NCBI RefSeq assembly: GCF_030684315.1
Contig: NC_081373.1
Span: 29,241,989-29,305,988 of the forward strand
Direction: 5' to 3'
Source: Stegostoma tigrinum
Lineage: Eukaryota
DNA length: 64,000 nucleotides
Under the pieces are notes generated by a model. The model was not told the DNA's origin, did no database searches, and saw only the letters and a list, made by a program, of their open reading frames with translations. Within the stretch, counting starts at the first letter, position 1. Each line of letters starts with the position of its first letter. Shown here piece after piece: positions 41,310 to 54,052 of this stretch. The position numbers and the translations under genes are program-made.

Positions 41310-42880
41310 CAAACAGAAAACAAAAACAGAAGGTGGATTATTATCTGAGTGGTGAGGGTTTGGGAAAGGTGGGGAGGAATTGAGACCTGGATGTCCTTGT
41401 ACATCAGTCATTGAAAGTAAGCATGCAGGTGCTGCAGTGCACTGAAGAAGCTAAATGATATGTTGGCCTTTTTAGCGAGAGGATTCGAGTACAGGAGCAG
41501 AGATGTCTCTCTGTACTTACACAGGGTCTTGATAAGACCATACCTGGAGTATTATGTGCAGTTTTTGTCTTCTTATGGAATCCCTACAGTGTGGAAACAG
41601 GCCATTCAGCCCAACAAGTCCACACCGAGCCTCAGTGCATTCCACCCAGATCCATCCCCCTATAACCCACCTAAGTTACACATCCCTGAATACTATGGGC
41701 AATTTAGCATGGCCAATCCACCTAACCTGCACATCTTTGGACAATGGGAGGAAACCGGAGCACCCAGAGGAAACCCACGCAGACACGGAGAGAATGTGCA
41801 AACTCCACACAGACAGACACCCGAAGCTAGAATCAAACCTGGGTCTCTGGTGCTGTGAGGCAGCAGTGCTAACCACTGAGCCACCGTGCTGCCCCAAATC
41901 TGAGAAATGATGTCAAGCTACAAAGGAAATGCAACAAAGATAAACCAGACTGACATATGAGGAGGAGTGGAATTGGTTACAAGAATGAGACGTGATCTCA
42001 AGACAGGAGGAAGGGATAAACCAGGAAACTTCAACCAGTCTGGCTAACTTCCATGGTGGAGAAACTATTTGAAACAATTCTGAGAGACTTGGAGAGGCAA
42101 GGCTTTGTTAAGGACAGATCATGTCTGACCAACTTAAATAAATTTTTAGGAGATGACCGGGTGTCTAGATATGAGCAATACATTTGATTAATCTACATGG
42201 ATTCCCGCAAAGCTTTAGGTAAGTTTCTGAATGGGAGACTGTTAGCGAAGGTAAGAACCCATGGGATCCATAGAAGGTTGGCAAATTGGACTCAGAGTTG
42301 GCTGAGTAGCAGAAAACAGATCATGATGATCTAGAAGTGTTTTTGTGACTGGAAGCCCTTGAACATAATATAATATTGCATTCAGTTTGGGAGATAGAAA
42401 AGAGTGAATCCAAGAATGATCTTAAATGAAGACATATATTAAGGTATGAAGACAACACTAGCTAAAATGAACTGAGAAATCAAGTTTCTGGATATGTCAG
42501 CAGAAGTGAAATTGCAGAAGTTTAAGGAGATATTTCAGAATACTCAGGAAAGATACATTCAGTGAGACAGAACAACTCCAATGGAAGGACATACCATCCA
42601 TAGCTAACTAACGAAACTAAGGTGTCAAATTAAAATAAAATAAAATTCCAAAAGGATGAGTCATAGGCCAAAAAAGTTGAAAGGTAAAAGATGACTAAAG
42701 ATTTAAGGAGGGGGAAATTAGAATATGTTAGAAAGCTAGCGAGAAATAGAAAGACAGATAGCAATGTTTTAACAGATGTTTAACAAGGAAAAGCATAAGC
42801 AAAGTGATTGCTGATTATCTTGAATATGGATGATTAAAAATGGAAAATTAGGAAATGGCAGAATCATTGAACAGATTTTC
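41310..42880 (+). mobile_element. Patchwork of CR1 fragments interrupted by a SINE
   Basis: ORF 41460 MLAFLARGFEYRSRDV..LIRPYLEYYVQF; GRSCLTNL-like motif at ~42110. Confidence 0.75.
41574..41894 (-). mobile_element. HE1-like V-SINE (tRNA head, V domain, CR1 tail)
   Basis: GGCAGCACGGTGGCTCAGTGGTTAGCACTGCTGCCTCACAGC..GGTTTGATTC..GTGTGGAGTTTGCACATTCTC..GGTGCTCCGGTTTCCTCCCA. Confidence 0.92.
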
Positions 42881-44336
42881 ACTCATCCTCATTGTCTTCT
42901 TCCTTGCACTTCAGATAAGGGAATCATGATTGTTTTGCCTGAGAACCATTGGCACAAATGGTGTGTGATTCTTGTCAGGCAGTGCCAGAAAGATGTTGGT
43001 TGTAAGTTAAACTGCAGCCAAGTTTCTCAAATTGCTGAAACATTTTGTTTTATTCTGCAAGTTAATGGGGCCAACAGTGCTGTTGTTGTGAACCAAGACA
43101 ATATTCAACATTGTTTGTGTAAAATTGCTAAAAAAAAATTGTATCATCAGATAGGTAGTGAAACATTTTCCAATTCTGGTAACAACAACAATTCAGGTTC
43201 TACTACAGCCAAAGTACTATACAAATGTCATATCTCTGATGGGAAAGAATGAATATTCAAAATTTGACCTTCACTGTACATTTTTGCAAAATGGAGACAA
43301 ACAGCTCTTTCTCCCTCTCTCTATACTCATACACACACACGCACATATATATAAGGACACAATTCATTTTGATATTTTTTCTGTAATGAATTGTGGCATT
43401 TAAATCTCTTACATTACATATACATACACTATAATAGGTTTTCATTGCATTCCATTTCTGTTACTTCATGCAGTACTTTGGCAGAAAAGGATCATTTCAG
43501 TCTGTTTTACATGTGGATGTAAAAGTCAAATAGTACTTCACATTTTAAACTTAATTATATCAGCTAGTAGAACCATAAAGGATCGTAGCCACTATTTTAG
43601 TACAATGAATATTTATGTATCTGCACATCCTAATATATATTATAAATCATTTTGAAGCCAGTTAATCATGAAACTATCAGTTAATCATGATAATCTGCTT
43701 CATTTGAGAGTCCTTATAATGTACGGAGCAAAAAATGATAATGGACAAAATTTAATTCAATTTGCAACAACACTGCTAAATAATGTTAATGCCACATTGT
43801 GAGCTAATGCCACTATTTAGCACACAACATTTAATTATTAACTTATTAAGAGTGCTGAAAAATTTCCATGCTGCATTCTGTATTGCCTGGAGAAAAAAAT
43901 TGGATCTTACTATGCCCATTTATAAGTGCTAGGAAGCATCTCAGATGCACAAAATATCTTAGGCTCTGTCAGACAAGTTTATCCCTCTCCTATGTTTCCT
44001 ACCCATTTGTCAGACTGTACTTATGCCTTCACACAATAGATGATTTTATTGCCTTCAAATGGAGGGATCAGCAAACTTCCTCACTGGTTGTGAATGGTTT
44101 CTGCAGAATGCTAATTACAAATGAGGCCAGTGAACCAATTTCCTCAATTCCTTCCATTTGCCTATTTAGATTAACACATCATGCACTACATCTTTCTTGT
44201 GCTCCAGTGTGGTCGTGGTACAATTTCTCTTCTAAGATTCTTCCAAACTGGCACAAAGTCCCTGTTAAGATATTGTTCCTGCATCACTGAAATGCAACAC
44301 CATGGTAAAGAGGTAACAGTGTCGAACAATGAATAT

Positions 44337-44588
44337 ACTAAAATAAAATAGAGAACTGCAGATGCTGAAGATATCTGAAGCAAACAAAGGCAGAAACTGT
44401 TGGAAAAACTCAAAAGGTCTGGTAGCATCTACGGAGAGAAAACAGAGTCAACCTTTCAAGTCTGATGACTCTTCTTCATAAGAGTTCTGAAGGACGGTAA
44501 CTGAATTCAAAAAGTTGACTCTATTTTCTCTCCGTAGATGCTGCTAGACTGGCTGAGCTTCTCCAGCAGTTTCTTCCTTTGTTTGTTT
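44337..44588. mobile_element. Tail-out palindromic insertion of PLE family 2
   Basis: Inverted arms (agcatctacggagagaaaacagagtcaac / gttgactctattttctctccgtagatgct) meeting at two decayed hammerhead cores; TSD caatgaatat at 44327-44336 and 44589-44598. Confidence 0.8.
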
Positions 44589-45984
44589 CAATGAATATTC
44601 AATGAATAATACAATGCTCATTTACTTGCTGAAAAGAAAGAAGAAAAAGGACAGAGTTAATGGACGAATAGTTATTGGAAGAACTTTCTTTGAATGTATG
44701 TGATGTGGTGTCGTTATCCATACATCAGCTCACATAAAATGTACACCAGAGACTTGAGTTCTGTTTGAGACAGATGTCTTGAAATTTATAAACAAGTATG
44801 CACACTAATATGACATCTCAAACTTACAGTTTATGCTGTGTGCTTACTTACATTACTATTACAGTAAATACATAGTTGACAGCTTGATTAGCTGGCTGCC
44901 TAAGTGCTTAAATGTAAAGAGGACAAGAGGAAACTTTTAATACTGAAGTGTCAAATGCTGTAGTGTAATCTAGCTGCCTTAAAAGTATGGTGCCTTTCTG
45001 AGGTCTGTGAAACAACACAACAGAATTTTGTTCTGCAGTGAATCAGAGAATATCAGTGATCAGTCTAGCAGTTGACTGTCTCACATTTGGCATTATCTGT
45101 GAATATTCCTCTTCCTGCCAATGTAACAACTCACAAAGGCATGTGAACAATGTTATTTTTGGGAATTGGCACACTGTATACCTTAAAAGCTACACCAGTG
45201 TCACTTTTATTTCATTCCCATGCAACCTTGTGCCCCCTCTATATGAGATTGTTAATTTCAGGACACTTTAGACCTTCAGACCTGCCTTATTGGAGTCACT
45301 AGGAGAAAGAGAGCCCTTGATCATGGATATTTTCCCAGAAGATGTCCATAGATGTAAATGAAGAGTGGCGTGCAGACATGAGGCCTTGAATAACAGCACA
45401 AGTCCTGCAGGAGAGAGGGAAAGGGGGTGGGTGATAGCTTTCTCCTCTGCAACTACCGAATATGAATCTCCTTCACCGGTACCTCCAGTGCTGCATCCCT
45501 GAACCTATGTGACCTCTCCCTCGGTCCTTCTAGACATACCTAGGGTAGTTTCTTTAAATGAGGTCATTATGGACATTGGAATTTTACTAATGGGACTTCC
45601 TAGAAATCACATGACTGGCGAGACCTACTTGCTTTGCTATAGATCCTCGTCAGGTTGTTTGAATAGTGAATGGTTGGAGATTTTCTTGTTTTATCTGATT
45701 GAATTAGAGGGGAGCCTGCAAAGAAAAGCTGAGTTGGAGAAAAGCTTAAAGCTGATTTCTGCCATTTCTAAAAAGAAAACTCACCTCATCTGTTCAAGGT
45801 GATACCTATATGTTCTTTTGAAATAGTGATTGAAAGAGCATCCCATAGTTATATTTCCTGAGCAAGCCTGATCTAAAGTTTTCAGAGGCAACTGCACATA
45901 ATTAATTGCTTGATCACACGCACCAGAACATTAAAGTAACTGACTCCAGGACTTCGTATGCTTTATCTTTTCATCTTTTCTTGA

Positions 45985-46305
45985 ATTAATTCATTGGAAT
46001 TTATTCCAACCCCTAATTGCCCAGAGGGCAGTTGAAGATCAGCCACATTACTATGGTCTAGAGTCACACATCACCCAGATGGGGTGAGGATGGCAATTCC
46101 TTTCCCTAAAAGACACTAGTGAGCCAGATGGGTTTTTCTGACAATCGGTGATGGTTTCATGGTCATCCTTAGAGTCTTTAACCCAGATCGTTTACTGAAT
46201 TCAAATTCCTCCATCTACCACAGCAGGATTGAACCTGGGTTCCCAGGACATTACCTGGGTGTTGGGTTAACAGTCCAATGATAATACCGCTAGGCCATCA
46301 CCTCC
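45985..46305 (-). mobile_element. tRNA-derived SINE, same family as 11195-11520
   Basis: Collinear similarity; TGGCCTAGCGG A-box-like motif. Confidence 0.8.
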
Positions 46306-46369
46306 ATGAACAACTGATTAACCAAAGTGTTTTCTTTTTTCAGAAAACCAGTCGCGGCAGAGAGGTCTG

Positions 46370-46542
46370 TTTTTTTATTTCCTTTCCAAAGAGTTGTGAA
46401 TCTGTGGAATTCTCTACCCAGTGAAGTAGCTGGAAGTGGAGCGGAGTCCACAAAAAGATCAGCCATGGTCTTATTAAATGGTGGAGCAGGCTCAACAGGC
46501 CAGATGGCCTACTCCTACTCCTATTTCTTATGTTTTTATGTT
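46370..46542 (+). mobile_element. CR1 3' end
   Basis: QRVVNLWNSLP, then ggcctactcctactcctatttcttatg tail. Confidence 0.85.
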
Positions 46543-47119
46543 TCCTTTTCACAAGGAGTGCATTTGTGTGCATGAGAAATTTCAGGTGAGATGTTTAGAG
46601 GAATAAAATTTTATACTTACGTTTTACTGACTGTATATGTTAACCAATCATTGCACCTTTATTTAATAAGTTTTGTTTTAATAATTGTATTGAAGAAAAA
46701 AACCTATTTGATAAAAACCTGATAAAGATGAGGTATTTAATTAGCCACCTTGATAACTGGAGAAAGTATTTTCATTTACATTGTGGCCCATGGAATAGCA
46801 GAGCTGGAGCAATGTAGTGCACAGTATTGTGCTGTGGTAGGATGTGGGGCTTTATCAGGTGGTGTACATGTTGAGGGTGAAAAGTATTGAAATGTGAAGG
46901 AAAAACATTCATCATAAGAATTTTTTTTATTCTGCAGTTGTTACTTTGTTAGAAAAGAACATTATTAATGGTTACTGAAAAAGTGGCAAGTAATAGTAGA
47001 TTGCCCATTTGCAATAAGAATAAAAGGTTGTATAATTCCCTCTTGTGTTTTGAGAGAAAGGATGTGAGGAACGGTAGAGAAGTATTCAGAATTCTGAAGT
47101 AAGGGAAACTCTGTATATT

Positions 47120-48205
47120 AATGATTTAAATTTGGACTCTGAGAAAAAGAGCACAAATATCTCCAAATTTGCAGATGACACAAAGCTAGATGGGAGGGTG
47201 AGCTGTGAGGAGGATGTAGAGATCTTTGGACAAGTTGAGTGAGTGGTAGTTGGAGTATTATGTGGACATTCATGAAGTTATCAACTTTGTCACAAAAACA
47301 GGAAAGCAGCTTGTTATCCGAATGAAGCTAGATTGGGAAATGAGGTGGTGCAGTGAGATCTGGCTTCCTTGTACACCAGTTGCTGAGAATTAGCAGAGAT
47401 AACAAGGTGTAGAGCTGGATGAACACAGCAGGCCAAGCAGCATCAGAGGAGCAGGAAGGCTGACGTTTCGGGCCTAGACTGGAAGAACGGGTCTTAGATT
47501 CTCCAGCATCTGCAGTTTCTACCATCGCTGAGAATTAGCATGCAGGTGTAGCAGGTAGGAGAGAAGGTAAATGGTATATTGGTTTTTGTAGTGTGAAGGT
47601 TTGAGTACAGGATCAGGGATGTCTTGCTGCGATTGTACAGGGCCTTGGCAAGACCACACCTGACGTATTGTACGCAGTTTTGATCTCCTTATCTGAGGAA
47701 GGATGCTCTGCTATGGAGGAAGTGCAGCAAAAACTTACCAGACTGATTCCTTGGATGGTCGAACTGACAAATGAAAGGAGATTGGATCAATTAGGACTAT
47801 ATTCAGGACAGTTTAGAAGAATCAGTGTGTCTCATAGAAACCTATAAAATTCTGTCTAGGGTTGGATATGGTAAATACAAAAAGGATTGTCCTGATGACT
47901 GAGGAGCCCAGAACCAGGGGTCACAGGATACAGAGCAGGCCATTTAGGACTGAAATGAGGAGAAATTTCTTTATGAAAGATTAATGAGCCTGTGGAATTC
48001 TGTGCCACAGAAAGCATTTGAGACCAAAACACGTTTTCAAGAAGGAGTTAGATATACATCTTAATGCTAAAGGAATCAAAGGGGTGTAGAGAGAAAGCGT
48101 GAACAGGGCACTAAATTAAATCAGCAGCCATGATCATACTGGATGTTAGAACAGCTTCAAAAGGCTGGGTGGCCTGTTCCTGCTCCTCTTTACTATAACT
48201 CTATA
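47120..48205 (+). mobile_element. CR1 3' ~1 kb with nested mini-PLE
   Basis: ISKFADDTKL, RPHL, 3' hairpin and tail. Confidence 0.9.
47396..47526. mobile_element. Inverted mini-PLE
   Basis: Exact 14-bp TSD gctgagaattagca at 47382-47395 and 47527-47540. Confidence 0.92.
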
Positions 48206-48292
48206 AACAAAATGCATCCTTTAAAATCCCACCTACCTCTTGCACCTCATGATTTGAGCCACAGTTAGGAACTGAACAGGATCCATTTTTAA

Positions 48293-48376
48293 GAGATAAT
48301 AGGAACTGCAGATACTGGAGAATCCGAGATAACAAAGTGTGGAGCTAAATGAACACAGCGGGCCAAGCAGCATCAG
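48293..48376 (-). mobile_element. PLE family 1 3'-terminal ~84 nt, fused to a tRNA copy
   Basis: gagataataggaactgcagatactggagaatccgagataac...ggccaagcagcatcag. Confidence 0.92.
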
Positions 48377-48381
48377 GTCTT

Positions 48382-48455
48382 GGCTGGATAGCTCAGTTGG
48401 TTACAGTGTGGTGCTAATAATGCCAAGGTCACGGGTTTGACCCCCGTAGGATCCA
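48382..48455 (+). pseudogene. tRNA-Ile(AAT) retrocopy/pseudogene
   Basis: GGCTGGATAGCTCAGTTGGTTACAGTGTGGTGCT-AAT-AATGCCAAGGTCACGGGTTTGACCCCCGTA matches vertebrate tRNA-Ile-AAT with CpG-decay changes; the T-loop (TTTGA) is damaged and the 3' acceptor strand is supplied by target DNA. Confidence 0.9.
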
Positions 48456-51400
48456 TTTTTAACACGTGTAGTGAATAGGAACTTGATGTACATGCTATTA
48501 TCTTGTCCCAAAAATTAATGACCTTCCAATAGGAAATAAAAACCTTCTGAAAACTAACATCACCATGCCTGTCCCAAGACTTGCCTATTATCTGTAGCTG
48601 AAAAATGGACAAAATGTAATCTTAATAGGAATTCCAATCTCTAAGATTGTGTTTGTAATAAAACAATGATATTAAATTTTACATACAAAAAATTGCCACA
48701 TTTTGCTATTGCTAAGAAATAGTTTACCAATTCAACAGTCATAGTTTATTTTTGTATAAGCTATATTTACAATAATTCAAACTTTCATTTGGTAGAGCTA
48801 TAAAAATTACCTCATGAAAGGGAATCATCCTGGATATTTTGCCTGTTCTGGTGATGATAATTTCAATGGATCATTTTACCTTAGGGCTTCAGTGCGCACA
48901 CTCCTTGCAACAATAAAACAAATGGACTTTGTACAGGTTGGGCTGAAGGGCTAAAATTGCTGATGATATCTGAGAACTGCATGACCTGGAATGAGTCCTG
49001 TGAACATCCCTGTACATGTGGTATTTGCTTTTGTACTTGCTGTTTGTTACACTGCATAAAAGAGAGAGTTTCATTCCAAGTCGCTGGGCTTCACCTCAGA
49101 CCTGGATCATGAACAGTACCAGGAATGAATCTAAGCCTCTAGAGTAACTGTTGTTTGAGGGGATTCCGATGCAGAGGGACATAAGGCTGCTTGCTTCTTT
49201 TTCCTTTCTTTTCCATTTTTTCCCCTTTTATTGTTATTTTATACATGTTTATATTGATGCAAATTGCTGTTGTTGATTCTTCTCTTAATCACATTTAACT
49301 AAATCCATAAGAAGCGCTTGGATACGCTGTGGTCCAAGACAGACTTTTACCTGTGGTAATTTTAATAACATTCAAATTTATTTACTTAGTGAAATGAAGT
49401 TTTGGGTGAAAATGTTATTACAACAGGGCAAATGCAGCACCAGAAGAGTTTCCTGTATTTGTTTCCAGTATGTCTGCAACAAAACAAAATTGCTAAAAGC
49501 AGAATAATGGCTCCTGTGTAGTCACCAGTACGTCTTACTTGTGTGTAGAGCCAAATAGATTAGGCAGTTTATTTTAAGGACACAAGAAGATGTTGATAAA
49601 CTCATAAAAGTTTTGTTGTTGTGGGTTTATATTGCATATGTTCCTCAATCATATTTCACTGCTTATATAACATACCATCTCTTTTTTATTGTAGTGCATT
49701 TGATTCCTTTAAAAATCTATGATTTAATAGATGAAGTGTGCTTATTTTATACCTGAGCTAGATTTATTTATTTAATTATACAGTTTGAAATGACAGCTCT
49801 GTGACATTTGCCATATAAAATGCACTCAGCGGTTACTGCACAATAATAGATCAAATTAAGGGTTTCCTGCTCATCAATTGCAGACTATTCATTAATAAAT
49901 AAGTGCTAATAAATTCACAATCATAAATCTTTCTCTCACATTAATTTTGACTTTTTTAATATTTTAATTACGTGTTTCTAAATCTTAGGAATTATGCTCA
50001 ACATAAAATAAATTGCACTGCCATAGACTGTGTGCTATTCCAAACATGCATGCCATCTTTTTCCTTGTTGAACACTTTAGCCTGAGAAGTCAGCACATTG
50101 GGATGAAATCAAATTGCTGGATTACCGATTAACAAATAATTTCAGCAATGTGTTCTACAAACATGTATATTGATTACAACATTATTACAAAAGATTCATT
50201 TGCACTTAGCATTTTAAATACAAATCTATATGTTGTGTCTAATGCAGTAACTATTGAGCTTTATTTGCTAAATGAAATAATTTAAGAAGTGCACAATTTT
50301 TGAACAAATGGCTAAGCCACTTTCAATATGGTTAACTAAGTATTTAATTGTAATTCTGCATGTTAATTGGCAGAATAATAGAACTTAAACAGACTGTGAT
50401 ATCTTTGCATGTTAAGCAAATTCCAGACCTCAGGTGGTGTTTAAAATTCAGCTTCACCAGTAGAATAGCCAATTACTTATGTGATGCTATTTTGCAAAAC
50501 ATGCATCATGACTAATCGTCAACCATGGTAATTTCACTCACTTTCAGACAATTTCTCTTAAAATCAAGTAGAATTCCCCATATTTGCTCTTGCCTTATCA
50601 GCATGTCACCTTTTCTATATTGCTATTTGATCCAAAAATTGGTATTTAGGTAAATGGCTGTTTAGTGGTAACTGCACTTAAGCAACTTCTTTGTAAGTGG
50701 TGTAATCATTACTACAAATAGATCCCTTCAAACAGGCAAAAGTCAATCAATTTGATGAGTAGGAACACAATTATATTTTTCTACACACATTGTTCAAATC
50801 TGAATTAATTATTTTAAAGCACATTATTTATGTGGGCCCTATTTTGTACTTCTCAGTACATCAGCTATATAGTTTATATTAGCTGTGGTGAAAATTGTAT
50901 TTTAAATAATTTTATATATTATTGGTTAAATTTTAAGCTCATTTTAATTAACTACATGATGTAACTTTAGAATATGTTATAAAAAGGCAAAACACGAGGG
51001 GCATCAAGAGAATGAAAGGTGCTAGCATGCCTGAGTCTGCCATTTTCAGTGAAAATATTTCAAATAACGTGCCTAACGAATGGTAGTAGATGCAAGAAAC
51101 TCATATTCCAAACTTGGAAAAAGGAAGTTTTATTGACACTAAGGTGACATTAAGTTGAAAATGTGAAGACTTCATCAGTTACAATGTCATCAGGGCAAAA
51201 CATTTAGTTATTATTTCTTGCACAAGAATCTTGGAGATATCTTTGAAAGGTGAAATCATCCCAAGTTTCATGGAGTTATTTACATAGGTATTGTGAATCT
51301 CAGTTATGACTTCACCCAACAATGCTTCACAGAATTGACACTGCTGTAAGTTAATGGGTCAGCTCAATTGCAGTTTTATGCACACAAATCTTTCTTAACC

Positions 51401-52139
51401 AAGAGATCTTGGAAAAGGTATGCAACCTTTTTGCAACAGACAGCTAGATGATCATGAGGCCGTGGTTCTTCAATCCACTGGCATCGAGTCTTTATCAAGG
51501 TGAAGGGAAATTAAGTTTAAGGAAGGAAACAGGGTATTTAAATGGAATTGAGCTTGTACTTACATTTACTGAGCAAAAGCTTTGTCAGTCTGCCCCTCTC
51601 TCCATGTGGCTTTTTTTTTCACAATGATAATCTTTCCTCCAGAGTAGGTCTGCTCAACTGCTCGAGCTCAGTGTCCTCCCTCAGCATTTCCATCTGCTAC
51701 TGGAGGCACCATTTCTATATTAAAAACTTTATCAGTAGCTGAAGATAATAGCAAGAGTAGTATCCAAGTAGTAAATGTTTCACTGATATCTGCAAAGCTC
51801 TGTAGATGCTAGAATTCTGAAATTACACAAGAAAGGGTAAGAAATATTCAGCGGGTTAGGCAGTATTTTTGGAAAGAAGAGTTAAAATTTCAAGTTGATG
51901 ATCTCTTGTGAGAACTCCATTGCTGTGATGGTTCTGCCTTGCTCCTTTGGAATTAGAAAAGCATTAGAAACATTTTGCTAAATTATGTTCACTGTCCAAT
52001 ATGTATAATAGAAAACATTTGTGATTTTGTTCACCATGACAGCATACCTTCAAATGTAAGAGCTAGCAGCCACGTCTAATGTAGGGAGACTTGTAAAACG
52101 GTGGAAATAAATAGCGGTGTTCAAACAGTGCTGGCTGAA

Positions 52140-52562
52140 GTACCCTTAAGAAGATCAAGGTTGCTAGAGTTAGGGGTCATAATTAAAAGACAAAAAGTCA
52201 CTTTTTTTAAAGACAGAGATGCAGGAGAAAAAAATTATCTCCGAGGGTTTTTCATTTCTGAAGAAGTGGCCTGACCCAAAATGTCAACTTTCCTGCTCCT
52301 CTGATGCTGCCTGGCCTGCTGTGTTATCTCAGAGGGTTGTGAGTCTCTAGAATTCCCTTCCTCAAAAGATACCAGATGCAGAACCTTTGAATATTTTTAA
52401 GGAATAGGTTGGTAGATTCTTGATTACTTAAGAGTATGAAAGATTACTGGGGTACTTAGGAATGTTGAGTTGAAGTTAAAAGTAGATCAGCCATGATCTT
52501 ATTGAGTGACTGAGCAGGCTCAAACAGCTGAGTGGCCTACTCTTGTTCCTTGCTCATATGTT
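52140..52562 (+). mobile_element. CR1 3' end with nested mini-PLE
   Basis: SQRVVSL*NSLP and tail. Confidence 0.8.
52250..52323 (+). mobile_element. 74-bp PLE fragment starting just upstream of the hammerhead core
   Basis: 15-bp TSD ttatctc(c/a)gagggtt at 52235-52249 and 52324-52338. Confidence 0.85.
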
Positions 52563-54052
52563 AATTTGCAAATCATTCATGGGAAGAAATCTCAAAAATG
52601 GTGTGTTGTATGCCATGTTCTTTATTTGATCTTGGGATATGATCATTGCTGGCAAGGTTAGCTTTTGCTGTCCATCCTTTGAGAAGGTAATGGTGACCGG
52701 TCATGCAGTGCTTCCTGTAGATGGTACATATTACTGCTACCAAAGGTTAACCATGAAGGGAGCAAAATAACTGGAAGGTATTCAAGCATAGAGCTTTTTC
52801 TTGTAAGGTTGCAAGTTTCCTGACTATTATTGGAGCTGCACACTATTTAGGCAAGTAGACAGTATTTGTGACTGGTGCTTTGAAGATAGTGAGCAGGTTT
52901 TACCTAATCAGGAAGCCTGTTGACTTGTGGTTGTAGGCTGAATATTTATATAGCTTGTCAAATTACCAGGGATCAACAATGGTATTGCAAAGGCTGTCAG
53001 TTACAGAACTTTTACTCTTCACTCAAACAAAGTCCAGAGTCAGGAATCAATAAATGTGTACCTTCCTTTATTAGCCTGAGACTCCCATATATGACCAATG
53101 CCAGTGTCACCTCACCTGAAATGATACTTTGTTCATGTCAAATACTTTGCCAAATATCTAGATGCTTTTCTAAGAACAGACATATACTCGAGAACCAACA
53201 GGCCTTCATATTGTCAAAGATATTAAAAACATGTCCAAGCTTTGCTAAACAATGCCATATTGTCTGAAAAAAAATCATTCATTTGAGATAGACAATAACC
53301 AGTTGTAATGATATACCACAAAATAAAAGTCTGGTTGTCTAAGGTTAAAAAGATAATGGGTTTCTACTTGAAGCCCTCTATATATTTCTAGCGCCTCAGA
53401 TGTCTGGCAAGTTACAATCTAATTTATTTTTCAATGTAGTATCTCAGTAAAATAGAAATATTTAGAAAATTACATTGCATAACTATAATACAAATACAAC
53501 AAAAGTAATTTTAAGGTGTCCAATATAAGTGCAAAGAGTTCAGTTAACAAGGATATGTAGTGTCATTGCACTTGACCTTATAATAAATCCACAGCAAGTA
53601 CAGAAACCTAAAGGTCTGAAAACCCATGGGGCTTTGACCTCCATATGAATGTCAGTATCCACATGCCAATGCCCAGTGAACTAGCCCCAGTAAATTTGGG
53701 GACACAAATTTGCATGTACTTTTGTTTTTAAAAAATGTGCTTGTAGTTTTAAAGTGGGCTTCAGTCACTGTAGCTGGGTAGCTTCAGTCACCCAGTTGCT
53801 GGGTAAAAGTTGTTTGTGCTAGAAAATCAGGGCTGTTTTGTGACTAATTCAACAAATAGATTTCAGTTTATTAAAGTCTACTAAATACAATAGCTACAAG
53901 ATCAGGTCAGAGACTAGGAATTTTGTAATGACTAATTCAGCTCGTAACTCCCCAACCCCTGTCTACTGCCTACTAGTCCTATGACAGGAGAGTGATGAAA
54001 TATTCCCCACTTGCTTGAATAAGTGCAACTCCAAAAACACTCAAGAAGCTTA

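Noticed and set aside
41460-41910. Overlapping ORFs on both strands
   Set aside because: Chance frames across a CR1 fragment and a V-SINE.
42830-44290. Two 140-aa ORFs
   Set aside because: No recognisable domain or coding-like composition, and no splice support.
48382-48455. Functional tRNA-Ile gene
   Set aside because: CpG decay, a damaged T-loop/B-box and a mismatched acceptor stem; it also lies inside a TSD-bounded insert. The downstream T-run belongs to the TSD.
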